From the IMG/VR virus record IMGVR_UViG_3300034023_001061: a stretch of 64,000 nucleotides of DNA; one strand, 5' to 3'. The translations under genes and the position numbers were made by a program. The stretch comes from an uncultured virus (IMG/VR IMGVR_UViG_3300034023_001061) (lineage: Duplodnaviria > Heunggongvirae > Uroviricota > Caudoviricetes). Of the stretch, positions 54,864 through 63,816 are shown one piece after another (position 1 is the first letter of the stretch; the number at the start of each line of letters is the position of its first letter). The notes beneath the pieces are model-generated. The model did no database searches. It was not told where the DNA came from and saw only the letters and a program-made list of their open reading frames with translations.

Positions 54864-55208
54864 ATGAACGAAGGGCCGTACCGCGCCAGCGATATCGTCA
54901 ACGCCCCACCGCCGAACGGCATCGTCGCGCTGATCTGGCGCTGGATTCTCCTGCGCCGCGCCGAACGGCTCGAAGCGGAGGAGCGCAAGGTGCCGCTCGC
55001 GCTGGTAGCGCCGGTCCCGAAGTCGGAGAAGCGCGTCACGATCCGCATGGTGCGGTCCGATGGGTTCGCGCCGTACAAGGTTGAGCGCGTAGTGGTTTCG
55101 TCGTGCCCCGGCAAGAGCGCGCAACGGCCATCGGACGTCTCGCACCACTTCGTTTTCGACTACTGGCTGTGCACCGACAAGCACTGCTGCTGCGAGGTTC
55201 AAGAATGA
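54864..55208 (+). CDS. PYR-motif Cys-rich protein
   Basis: MNEGPYRA..LIWRWIL; RBS from element left end. Confidence 0.65.
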   Translation: MNEGPYRASDIVNAPPPNGIVALIWRWILLRRAERLEAEERKVPLALVAPVPKSEKRVTIRMVRSDGFAPYKVERVVVSSCPGKSAQRPSDVSHHFVFDYWLCTDKHCCCEVQE

Positions 55209-55456
55209 GTAACGGAGTCAACGAAGGCACGGTTCTCGTCAACGCGAAGAAGAACGGCAAGCGGTTCGGCCAACTGGAGGGCGGAACGTCCGTCGCGTGG
55301 CTCGTGTGCGATGGCGCGAACTGCAACCGATACCGCGTCCTTGCCGACGCGGGCGACACGGAGGCGCTGATTCTCGCCGCCATCGAAGAGGGGTGGGAGT
55401 GCAACGATTCCATCGACTTCTGCTACTCGTGTGTCGCGAGGATGCAGGAGCGATGA
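55205..55456 (+). CDS. Zinc-binding small protein
   Basis: CDGANC...GW..DFCYSC. Confidence 0.6.
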   Translation: MSNGVNEGTVLVNAKKNGKRFGQLEGGTSVAWLVCDGANCNRYRVLADAGDTEALILAAIEEGWECNDSIDFCYSCVARMQER

Positions 55457-55737
55457 AGCACACGGTCACGATCGGGTCGCGAACGTTCGACATCACGCTC
55501 AAGGTTCACCCCGGTTGGGGCGGCAACCGTGAGTGCCCGCCCGAGCCGCCCACCGTGGACGTGCTGGCGATTCACGAGGGCGGGCGCGAGGTAGACGCCG
55601 ACGAGTTCGATGCTCACCTCGCAGCGTCCGTGCTCGACGTCGGAGCGTGGTGGGCGCAACTGGAGGACGAGGCCGATCTGGCGGACCGAGAAGCCGCAGC
55701 GGCGGCGATGGAGAAAGCGGGTTTCTGCGATGGGTGA
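55453..55737 (+). CDS. Hypothetical protein
   Basis: Overlap chain. Confidence 0.6.
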   Translation: MKHTVTIGSRTFDITLKVHPGWGGNRECPPEPPTVDVLAIHEGGREVDADEFDAHLAASVLDVGAWWAQLEDEADLADREAAAAAMEKAGFCDG

Positions 55738-55996
55738 CTCGACCTCCGCGAGCATGTTTCGGCGCGTGTTTCTCAACCTCGCCGACGGCATTGCCGATGC
55801 TCCAGCGATGGTCGCGGAGGAGCGCAAGCGTATCGCGTCGATGCTATGGGACGAAACGTCGAGGCTCGACTTCGCCGACTACGAACTCGAATGCGACGAT
55901 GCGCTTATCACGCTCGGGATCGCGAGGCGTGTCGCCGACCCGGAGTACCCCGACGAAATGAAGACGGCCTACAAGGGATACGGAGGCAAGTGGTGA
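55730..55996 (+). CDS. Hypothetical protein
   Basis: Overlap chain. Confidence 0.5.
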   Translation: MGDSTSASMFRRVFLNLADGIADAPAMVAEERKRIASMLWDETSRLDFADYELECDDALITLGIARRVADPEYPDEMKTAYKGYGGKW

Positions 55997-56433
55997 ACGA
56001 TCGGGCGAAGAACGTGATCCTGCGCCTACGGGCGGAACTGGCGAGCGTCGCCGATGCGGTGGCGGCGCAACTTACGGCGGTGGCCGACGTGCTCACGGAG
56101 CGCGACCGGCAAGAGTTCAAGTGGGGAGAGCAGAATCACCCGATCGTCGGCAAGGCCGCGCGTCGAGGGCTCCTCGCGGGCAAGAAGGAGTGCGAACGTC
56201 TCGGCATCATCGGCGCCGACGAAGCGCGCGAGCGGTGCGACCGTGCCCACCGCAACGGCGAAGGCACGTACACGCACATCATCATCGAGGAGCTCGCGGA
56301 GGCCATCGAGGCGAGCACCGAAAACGGCGACGCGAGCGTGCAGTCGCGCGAGGAGTGGGTGCAAGTCGCCGCGGTCGCGCTGGCGATCGTCGAGCGGATC
56401 GACCGGGCTCGCAACGCCGAGGGCGTGCGGTGA
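55993..56433 (+). CDS. MazG-like nucleotide pyrophosphohydrolase
   Basis: ERDRQEFKWGEQNH..IEELAEA..EEWVQVAAVA. Confidence 0.7.
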   Translation: MNDRAKNVILRLRAELASVADAVAAQLTAVADVLTERDRQEFKWGEQNHPIVGKAARRGLLAGKKECERLGIIGADEARERCDRAHRNGEGTYTHIIIEELAEAIEASTENGDASVQSREEWVQVAAVALAIVERIDRARNAEGVR

Positions 56434-56638
56434 GCGAGACGTGCCAGTTCATCGGAGCGACGACGCGGTGCGCCGCGTCGAAACGTCTCCGCAAGTCGGG
56501 TGCGTTGTGCCCGCTGCGAGCGCTGATCGGTGCGCGGTGCGAGCCGTGCATAACGTCGCGCGACCGGCGAGAAGCGGCGATGCGACGGGCACGAGCGCGT
56601 TCGGTTCTCGCGGTCGCGACGGCGATCGGTAGGTGGCC

Positions 56639-57037
56639 GTGAGCTACACGATATACGACCCCGCCGACTCGCAGAACCGGGTCCGGTTCACGAACGGCGA
56701 GTGGTCGCACCTCGGCCTTCGCGGCGTGCTTCTGCCCGCGGGCATCTTCGGCGTGCGGGACTTCGGGCACCCGACGAACGACGCGGACCGCTTCGCTACG
56801 ATGGTCGATCGTGTTTACGTGAGCGACCGCGCCGACAAGGCCGACGGCACGATGGTGACGGCGACCGCTGCGGAGGCTCGCGCGTGCGGCATGGCGATGC
56901 GGGCCTACGCGGACGCCGTGCGCTACGGCATCGAGGGGCGCCGCGGTTGGGTGGAGGCGCTCGACCGCGTGCTGTTGAGCAAGGCCGACGACGTGGTCGA
57001 GTTTTTCGCGACGTGCAACGGCTTCGCGACGAGGTGA
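56639..57037 (+). CDS. Hypothetical protein
   Basis: Ends EFFATCNGFATR. Confidence 0.65.
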   Translation: MSYTIYDPADSQNRVRFTNGEWSHLGLRGVLLPAGIFGVRDFGHPTNDADRFATMVDRVYVSDRADKADGTMVTATAAEARACGMAMRAYADAVRYGIEGRRGWVEALDRVLLSKADDVVEFFATCNGFATR

Positions 57038-57042
57038 GGGCG

Positions 57043-57597
57043 ATGGACGAGAAGCAAACGTATCGGGTGATCGACGACGCGGGCGTGGTACACGAACTGG
57101 TTGTCGCGTGCCGCGTTTTCGACACGGGGCCGAAGTTCACGGTCGTGACCGAGTGGGCACCGTCCTACTACGAGATTGCCCGCATGGCACTGATGCAGCA
57201 CTCGCTCTTTGAGCGGTGGACCGTCGCCGAAATCCTCGCGCCCGGTGAGCCGTCGCGGGCGGATTTGCGGTCGGCGCTGGCCGACGCAGTGACCGACGCC
57301 GCCATCGAGTCGCGAGCCAAGGAGGAATCGTGGCAGGAGTGCGACGAACTCCGCGGTCAAGCCGCATCGGCGTGGGCAGACGGCGCCAGCGCGATGCGGG
57401 CGGCTGCGGTTGCCGCCGTGAAGCGACGCGCGGAGGAACTCGACGCGGGCGTCAACGAAGAAGAAGCGGCCGACGACGAAGAGGGCTACGGACGGTTTCA
57501 GGAGGCGCTCGAACTCGCCGAACTGCTCGGCGCTCTCCCGCTGCCCGAAGCGCCCGCGGCGAAGCCGCTCAACGACGACGGCGGGGTGGCAACGTGA
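57043..57597 (+). CDS. WRV-family paralog
   Basis: TYRVIDDAG..WTVAEILAPGEPSRADL. Confidence 0.7.
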   Translation: MDEKQTYRVIDDAGVVHELVVACRVFDTGPKFTVVTEWAPSYYEIARMALMQHSLFERWTVAEILAPGEPSRADLRSALADAVTDAAIESRAKEESWQECDELRGQAASAWADGASAMRAAAVAAVKRRAEELDAGVNEEEAADDEEGYGRFQEALELAELLGALPLPEAPAAKPLNDDGGVAT

Positions 57598-58046
57598 GCG
57601 ACGAACAGGCCGAAACGTGGCGGGTGATCGAAGAGTCCGGTGAGGAGCGCATCGTCGAGGTTACGCACATCACCGACCGATCGTTCCCGTACTGGCAGGC
57701 GTGGTGCCACTCGGATCGTCGCGGCGGGATGCTCTCGCAGAACAGCGCGCGGCACGCAGTGCTCGAACTCGCCGCGAACCACAAGTGGAACGCCGTCGAG
57801 GTGCTCGCACCGGGGCAGGCATCACGCGTACAGGTCGAGCGTGAGCGCGACGAGGCGCTGGCATCGTCGATCGCAGCGACGCGACGCGCCCACGCGATCC
57901 GCGACGTCGTGGCGAAGGTGCTCGAAGACCGCGCATCCCAACACGGGCGGCGCGGCGACCGCGTGGTCGAGTTCGCTCTATCGGACGCTGCCGCCGAGGT
58001 GCGCGCGCTCAACGTGCCCGAAGCGCCGAACACGGTGGAGCGATGA
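57594..58046 (+). CDS. WRV-family paralog
   Basis: TWRVIEESG..WNAVEVLAPGQASR. Confidence 0.7.
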   Translation: MSDEQAETWRVIEESGEERIVEVTHITDRSFPYWQAWCHSDRRGGMLSQNSARHAVLELAANHKWNAVEVLAPGQASRVQVERERDEALASSIAATRRAHAIRDVVAKVLEDRASQHGRRGDRVVEFALSDAAAEVRALNVPEAPNTVER

Positions 58047-58612
58047 AGCAAGCGAACATCGAAACGTGGCGGGTCGTTCTCGCCGACGGCACAGAGCGCG
58101 AGGTACGCGCAGTGCAGTACGAACCCGGCGACGCGGAGGCATGGGTGCCCGCACGCTTGGATCGCAACGAGGGTGCCGCTACGATGCGCGAGGCAGTCGC
58201 GAAGGTCGCAGTGGCGAACGAGTGGCCCGTCGCCGAGGTGCTCGCACCGGGCGAAACGTCTCGCGCGGAGTTGCAGCGCGAGCGCGACGAGAAGCAGGCG
58301 TGGGCCGAACAGCACGCGGTCGCGCTCCGTGTCGTGGCGCTGTGGCTCGGCGGTCCGCACCACTCGTCGCATCCCGGCGACGTGGCAGCGCTGGCCCGCG
58401 CGAAGGGGGCCGAACTCGACGCGATGCGCGAGCAAATCGCCACGGCACACCGTGAGGGCGCGGAGGCAATGCGGGAGGCGGCGGCGGGCGTGTGCGACGC
58501 AGGCGCCTCCGCGGAGTGCCGCTACGCCGTGCTCGCGGCGGCGCGAGTGTGGGCCGAGACGATCCGCGCGCTCCCGATCCCCGAAGCGCCGAACACGGAG
58601 ACGAAGCGATGA
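58043..58612 (+). CDS. WRV-family paralog
   Basis: TWRVVLADG..WPVAEVLAPGETSRAEL. Confidence 0.7.
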   Translation: MKQANIETWRVVLADGTEREVRAVQYEPGDAEAWVPARLDRNEGAATMREAVAKVAVANEWPVAEVLAPGETSRAELQRERDEKQAWAEQHAVALRVVALWLGGPHHSSHPGDVAALARAKGAELDAMREQIATAHREGAEAMREAAAGVCDAGASAECRYAVLAAARVWAETIRALPIPEAPNTETKR

Positions 58613-58974
58613 AGCAAGCGAACGACGGGACGTGGCGGGTGGTCGACGAGTCGGGTGCGGTTCACGAGGTGTCGCTGAAAACGCGGCGCAACGGATGGAT
58701 CGCGGAGGGCGCGGACGACGACGGCGCGACCTACTACACGACGCAGCGTCTCGCGGTACTCTCGCTCGCGGTAGAACGCCAGTGGATGATCGCCGAAGTG
58801 CTCGAACCGGGCGAACGTTCGCGGGCGGAACTTCTGGCGGTGGTGCGCGAGTATTTCGAGTCCGGTCGCGAGTACGACGAAGTGCATCATCGTGCGGGTC
58901 ACTCCCCGTTGCTGGCGAAACGATGCGAGGTGGCCGAGGCCGCGCTCCTCGCGCTCGTGGGAGGTGACCCGTGA
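58609..58974 (+). CDS. WRV-family paralog
   Basis: TWRVVDESG..WMIAEVLEPGERSRAEL. Confidence 0.7.
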   Translation: MKQANDGTWRVVDESGAVHEVSLKTRRNGWIAEGADDDGATYYTTQRLAVLSLAVERQWMIAEVLEPGERSRAELLAVVREYFESGREYDEVHHRAGHSPLLAKRCEVAEAALLALVGGDP

Positions 58975-59354
58975 GCGCCGCCGAGTACCTGCGACGCATC
59001 GGCGTGACGAACGTTTCGGAGAACGGCGCCCGGTGCGCCGAACTCGTCGAGGCGTGGTTCGGCGGGATGCACCATTTCCCCGCCGACGCGCGCAAGGTCA
59101 ACTGGAGCGGCGAGCAAGTCACGTTCGTGATGCACGCGGGCGGGCTCTCGACGTTCGACTACAGCGAACTCACGCGCCTCGTGTTCCTCGCGCACGACCA
59201 CGCGATCCGCGCGGAGATCAAGCCTGCGATGCAAAACCTGCGCATCATACTCTCGCCGCGAACGCGCGAGGCGAGCATGATTCTCGGGCACCCGACGCTC
59301 GAAGAAGCGGTGGCGAAGTACCGCACGAAGTTTCCGAAGGAGCGCGAGCGGTGA
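58971..59354 (+). CDS. Phage hypothetical protein
   Basis: GGMHH..LSTFDYSELTRLVFLAHD. Confidence 0.7.
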   Translation: MSAAEYLRRIGVTNVSENGARCAELVEAWFGGMHHFPADARKVNWSGEQVTFVMHAGGLSTFDYSELTRLVFLAHDHAIRAEIKPAMQNLRIILSPRTREASMILGHPTLEEAVAKYRTKFPKERER

Positions 59355-60040
59355 GCAAGCAAACGATGCACTCGATCGCACTCACGGAGCGTGATGTTCG
59401 CGCTGTTCTCGCGGGTGAACAGACGGTGTTTCGGCGCGAGGTGAAGGCCGCTCGTGGCAGGCAGGCCGAGTGGCTCTCGCCCGCGCTGCTCACGGCCAGT
59501 CCGAGCGCGGAGGTGTGCAGCGTTCGCGGTGCGCTCGGTGTGCAACTCGAACACCCGAAGGGCGGGCCGCTCGGGTGGGTGCGCTGCCCCTACGGCGGCG
59601 TGGGCGATCAACTATGGGTGCAGGAAACGTGGGCCTATTACGGCGGCGACGAGTACCTGTACCAGTGCGACCCGGACGCCGTTGCGTACCGCGCAACCTA
59701 CGCCGACGACGTGCGAGTCCCGCTCGCGCAGCGATGGTATGGCAAGCCTCCGGGTGGCCGCTGGCGCCCGTCGATCCATATGCCGCCGTGGGCATCGCGC
59801 ATCACCCTCAACGTGGTGAATGTTCGCGTCGAGCGCCTGCACGGCATCGACGATGCCGACGCGCTGCGCGAGGGCGTGAAGTTCTACGACCCGGAGCACT
59901 TGTGGGACGTGCCCGAACCGCCCTTCACGCCGCGCGAGGTGTTCAATCACTTGTGGGCGCGGTTCAAGGGCGTCGCTTCGTGGCGATCGAACCCGTGGGT
60001 ATGGCGCATCGAGTTCAAGGCGAAGGAGAAGGCACGATGA
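59351..60040 (+). CDS. ASCH-like domain phage protein
   Basis: VRAVLAGEQT..CPYG..LWVQETW..WRPSIHMPPWASRI..NPWVW. Confidence 0.8.
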   Translation: MSKQTMHSIALTERDVRAVLAGEQTVFRREVKAARGRQAEWLSPALLTASPSAEVCSVRGALGVQLEHPKGGPLGWVRCPYGGVGDQLWVQETWAYYGGDEYLYQCDPDAVAYRATYADDVRVPLAQRWYGKPPGGRWRPSIHMPPWASRITLNVVNVRVERLHGIDDADALREGVKFYDPEHLWDVPEPPFTPREVFNHLWARFKGVASWRSNPWVWRIEFKAKEKAR

Positions 60041-60621
60041 ACAGGATTCCGCACGAAGCGATGGCCGCATTCTGCGAGGGCGATGAAGAAGATCGCCAGC
60101 GCCCCGAAAACAACACGCCGACCGCGAGGGCACGCCGCGCACTCGGTGGCAGTGTGTTCTGCCGCGTGGATGGCCCGGTCACCGTGAGCGTCAACGGGGA
60201 CGATTACGCGATGTTCGCGACGCGGCACGGCGTCCTGTTGACGCGCCACGTTCTCGGAAACCCCGGAGCGTCTGCACGAGCGACCGACTACGCCGTCGCC
60301 ATGCTCGGCGCAACGCGACACCAGACGGACCTCGCGGCGCTGCGCGAGTGGCTCTACGCCTTCGATGGTTCTGCGAGCGTTCGCGTGTTCGGGGTGCCGA
60401 TGGTGGCGAGGCAACTCTACGACTCGTTCGAGGCGTTTTCGAGCATCGGCGATGGGGCGTATGCGGTCGTGAAGATCGATGCACACGTCGGAGACGAAGA
60501 GGCCCCCGGCGCGTCGATGCTGTGCATCGAGAGCGATGGCGTCTCGGTCACGATCGCGCCGCTGGAGTCGTCGAAGAACTGCGTCGCCGCGTGGCCGATT
60601 CCCGTGGGCGTGAGAGAATAA
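60037..60621 (+). CDS. Hypothetical protein
   Basis: ATGA overlap. Confidence 0.6.
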   Translation: MNRIPHEAMAAFCEGDEEDRQRPENNTPTARARRALGGSVFCRVDGPVTVSVNGDDYAMFATRHGVLLTRHVLGNPGASARATDYAVAMLGATRHQTDLAALREWLYAFDGSASVRVFGVPMVARQLYDSFEAFSSIGDGAYAVVKIDAHVGDEEAPGASMLCIESDGVSVTIAPLESSKNCVAAWPIPVGVRE

Positions 60622-60649
60622 CGGCGCCGTCCGCCGCGTCACACGCACC

Positions 60650-60889
60650 ATGCAACCACCGCTCTCCGTCGCGCAGCGGCAACACCTCGAACGCATCGTC
60701 GCCGCGGGTGGCACCGCCACCGTGCGCAGCGGGCCGCTCACGCAGGGCAACGGGTGGGCGCGCAACGTGCTCAACCTGCTCGCGAAGCGCGGGCTGATCG
60801 TGCTCAAGCAAGGCACCGCGGGCGTGGCGCCGACCGCCACGATCACCGACGCGGGCATCGAAGAACTCAAGAAGGGAGCGATTGTGTAA
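60650..60889 (+). CDS. Winged-helix protein (similar to C-terminal half of 14786-15196)
   Basis: QRQHL..LAKRGLI..ITDAG; GAGAAT-N17-CGTC upstream. Confidence 0.7.
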   Translation: MQPPLSVAQRQHLERIVAAGGTATVRSGPLTQGNGWARNVLNLLAKRGLIVLKQGTAGVAPTATITDAGIEELKKGAIV

Positions 60890-61854
60890 TGGGCGAAAAG
60901 ACTGGAATTTCCTGGACCAACCGGACGTTTAACCCGTGGTTTGGATGCCAGCGCATCTCGCCCGCGTGCGGAGGCTCGAAGGGCGAAGGGGGATGCTACG
61001 CCGAGGCGCTGGTGGTCGGGCGCATGGGGTACAACCTCGACGCGACCGTCGAGAAGAAGCGCCTGCGCGTGTGGGGACCGCCCGCCACGTCGTCGCGCGT
61101 GAGAACGTCGGTGGCGAACTGGCGCAAGCCTATCGCGTGGAACAAGGAGGCAAAGAAGAACGGCACGAGGGATCGCGTGTTCTGCGCGTCACTCGCCGAC
61201 GTTTTCGAGGCGCACCCGGACCTCGATGCTGTTCGCGCCGACCTCTGGCCCATGATCGAGGCGTGCGAGTCGCTCGACTGGCAGTTGCTCACGAAGCGCC
61301 CCGAAAACATCCGTGCGATGGTGCCGCCCGCGTGGCTCACGGCGTGGCCCGAGCACGTCTGGATCGGTACGACGGTCGAGTCGCAGAAGTACGCGGAGAA
61401 GCGCATCCCCGAACTGCTCGCGGTGCCTGCTCGCGTACGTTTCCTCTCGTGCGAACCGCTACTCGAAGCGGTGTCGCTCGATCTGCGCGCGCGGTCGTTC
61501 GATGGCGGATGCCGCAACGGATGCCTGGAATCAAGCGACTATGCGTCAGGTGACGGTGCAATGCGGTGCTTCGACTGCCAGCACCCGACCACCGTGTTCA
61601 ACGCGCGCATCTCGTGGGTCATTGTCGGCGGCGAGAGCGGAACCGGCGCGCGGCCCTTCGACATCGCGTGGGCGCGCGGCATCGTTGCGCAGTGCCGCGA
61701 GGCTGGCGTGCCCGTGTTCGTGAAGCAGATGGGCGACAACCCCGTGGAGAACGGCGTCGCGATCAAGTCGCGCTTCAAGGCGCACCACGGCGCCGACCCG
61801 AACGAGTGGCCCGAAGACCTGCGCGTTCAAGAGTTCCCCGAGGTGGCGCCGTGA
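60889..61854 (+). CDS. DUF5131 / phage Gp37-Gp68 family protein
   Basis: ISWT..TFNPWFGC, VFCASLAD, LLTKRP, SCEPLL, WVIVGGESG. Confidence 0.9.
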   Translation: MGEKTGISWTNRTFNPWFGCQRISPACGGSKGEGGCYAEALVVGRMGYNLDATVEKKRLRVWGPPATSSRVRTSVANWRKPIAWNKEAKKNGTRDRVFCASLADVFEAHPDLDAVRADLWPMIEACESLDWQLLTKRPENIRAMVPPAWLTAWPEHVWIGTTVESQKYAEKRIPELLAVPARVRFLSCEPLLEAVSLDLRARSFDGGCRNGCLESSDYASGDGAMRCFDCQHPTTVFNARISWVIVGGESGTGARPFDIAWARGIVAQCREAGVPVFVKQMGDNPVENGVAIKSRFKAHHGADPNEWPEDLRVQEFPEVAP

Positions 61855-62288
61855 CCGACTTCGCCGAAGCCGTGCGGCGTGGCATCGCCGCGTACAACGA
61901 CGCCAAGCGCGTTCGCGCGGAGGTGGGCGATGTGCTCGCCGAGTTGTCCAGTGAGGTTCACAAGGCCAGCGACGGTGCAATCGTCGTGAGCGTGCGGAAT
62001 AAATCGGTCAACCTCAACGAAAGCACGATCGAGGCGGCGCGTCCCGATGCGCTGGAGGCGGGAACCTACTTCTTGCTCGTGGCATACGCGAGCCACAACT
62101 TCGACGTGTACGAAATCATCGCGAACATTTCGATCGACGAGAAGGGCTACCCGGTGTCGTTCACCTACGCCTCGGAAACGGTCATGTGCTTCGACCGCGA
62201 GGAGACGGTCAAGACGCTGAACGGCCTTCTCTCGCACCCCGTCACGGGGTGTTTCTTTAGTAGGGTCTGCCGCGGAGGGAAGCAGTGA
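61851..62288 (+). CDS. Hypothetical protein
   Basis: Overlap chain; GYPV. Confidence 0.65.
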   Translation: MTDFAEAVRRGIAAYNDAKRVRAEVGDVLAELSSEVHKASDGAIVVSVRNKSVNLNESTIEAARPDALEAGTYFLLVAYASHNFDVYEIIANISIDEKGYPVSFTYASETVMCFDREETVKTLNGLLSHPVTGCFFSRVCRGGKQ

Positions 62289-62560
62289 GCGAACGATTCA
62301 GCAAGGCAGCGGTCATCGCCTACGCGACGGAGCGAGCGGACGCCGCCGCGGCGACGTTCCAGAAGCTCACGGGCAACGCGATCGACCCGAAGAACGGCAC
62401 GTCGCAAACATGGCCTACCGCATGGGAGCCGCTCGCGCGCCCCGAAGGCGATAAGAACCATCTCATCAAGCGAGCGCAGGAGGTGGCCGACGCCTTCGCG
62501 ACGTGGAAGGCGATGCAGCGACTCGTCGGCGATATCAACGATGGCTACGTGGTGAAGTAA
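62285..62560 (+). CDS. Hypothetical protein (paralog pair)
   Basis: MSERFSK..LTG..ID..GT.QT. Confidence 0.65.
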   Translation: MSERFSKAAVIAYATERADAAAATFQKLTGNAIDPKNGTSQTWPTAWEPLARPEGDKNHLIKRAQEVADAFATWKAMQRLVGDINDGYVVK

Positions 62561-62832
62561 TGAGCGAACGATTCAGCAAGAAGAGCGTGGTCGCCGAGCT
62601 CCTGCGTCGTATGGACACGATCGAGACGCAGTACAAGTCCCTCACGGGCCGCACGATCGACTCCGACGGCGGGACCGATCAGACGCGCGTGGTGAACTGG
62701 TCTGAGCTCGGACGCAAGCACGCGACGCCCGACAAGGAACGCGAGGCGTGCGACCTTTACGGTCGCTGGCGGGCGCTGCGCCGGTTCTGCTTCGACGTTC
62801 GCAGCGGCGACGTTCCAGCGGTGACGCCGTGA
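62560..62832 (+). CDS. Hypothetical protein (paralog pair)
   Basis: MSERFSK..LTG..ID..GT.QT. Confidence 0.65.
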   Translation: MSERFSKKSVVAELLRRMDTIETQYKSLTGRTIDSDGGTDQTRVVNWSELGRKHATPDKEREACDLYGRWRALRRFCFDVRSGDVPAVTP

Positions 62833-63236
62833 CCGCCGAAACGTGGCGGGTGAGGCACCCCGACGGGAGCACCGACGCGGTGACGGTCACGAAACTCGAC
62901 GACGGGAGGTGGCGCGCTGAGACACCGAGTGGGCGATCGTGGTCCGTTCGACCGTCGCCGCGTGCCGCCGTCACCGCCCTCTTCGACGATTCATCGGGCA
63001 CGGTGTTCGGCCCCGGCGAGACGCCCGAAGAACGCGCGGCGTTCGCCCGCGGCGTCGAGGCGATGCGCGCAGCGGCGGTGGCGGTGTGCCTCGCAGAAGG
63101 CGATGCCTCCGTCGCGGACGCGGAGAAGGCGACTGAGTACGAGGGCGTCTCGAATGCGCGATGGTCGGCGGCAACCTCGCTCATGCTCTCGCAGAACATC
63201 GAGGCCATCGTGATCGAACAGGAGAAAGCCAAGTGA
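62829..63236 (+). CDS. WRV-family paralog
   Basis: TWRVRHPDG..FGPGET..GVEAMRAAAV. Confidence 0.65.
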   Translation: MTAETWRVRHPDGSTDAVTVTKLDDGRWRAETPSGRSWSVRPSPRAAVTALFDDSSGTVFGPGETPEERAAFARGVEAMRAAAVAVCLAEGDASVADAEKATEYEGVSNARWSAATSLMLSQNIEAIVIEQEKAK

Positions 63237-63475
63237 GAACAACCGAAAACGATGCAAGCATTCTCGTCGCCGTGGCGCGAAGGGTCGCCGACGAGACGAC
63301 CAAGATGGCGGAACCCGGCGAGGTTGTCGAGGTTTCTGCGAGAGCCTACGCTTCTGTTTTTCGCGCACTGGAATTGTGCGCGAGCGGACGGCACACGGAA
63401 GCGCTACAGCACATCGCGAACGTCGCGGGTGTCTCCGTGGATCGGTGGAGAGAACTCGCGGCAGACGAGAAGTGA
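63233..63475 (+). CDS. Hypothetical protein
   Basis: Overlap chain. Confidence 0.5.
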   Translation: MRTTENDASILVAVARRVADETTKMAEPGEVVEVSARAYASVFRALELCASGRHTEALQHIANVAGVSVDRWRELAADEK

Positions 63476-63816
63476 GACGCCTCCCGCTGCTATGCGCGTC
63501 CGTTCTCGAAGAGCACGTCCTGCGCACCGAACCGTGCAGCGGAGCCGCGTGCGGCTGGTGGCGCGGTGGCGGTTGCTCCGCTCACGCAGCCACGGAGGCG
63601 AAGCTGGCGGAGTGGCTCGGCTACACCACGGGGCCGCTCCCGCCATGCCCGATCGCCGATCGTTGTACGTGGAACATCACGGCGCTCCGCGCGGGGCAAG
63701 CGGCGTGTTTCCCGCGGCGCACGGGCGACGTGTGCGAGCATCAAGGCGGCGAGTTCAACGCATTCGATTACGCCTATGGCCTTGAGTCGTCGCGGCAAGA
63801 GAGTGAGCAATCGTGA
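63472..63816 (+). CDS. Cys-rich hypothetical protein
   Basis: Overlap chain; multiple Cys. Confidence 0.55.
   Translation: MRRLPLLCASVLEEHVLRTEPCSGAACGWWRGGGCSAHAATEAKLAEWLGYTTGPLPPCPIADRCTWNITALRAGQAACFPRRTGDVCEHQGGEFNAFDYAYGLESSRQESEQS

Noticed and set aside
57043..58974. Diversity-generating retroelement behind the paralog array
   Set aside because: No reverse transcriptase and no adenine-specific template/variable repeat pair seen.
44999..59122. Long ORFs 44999-46342, 48643-50268, 53427-54719 and 57569-59122
   Set aside because: Antisense to recT, the repeat protein, tnpB and the WRV genes.
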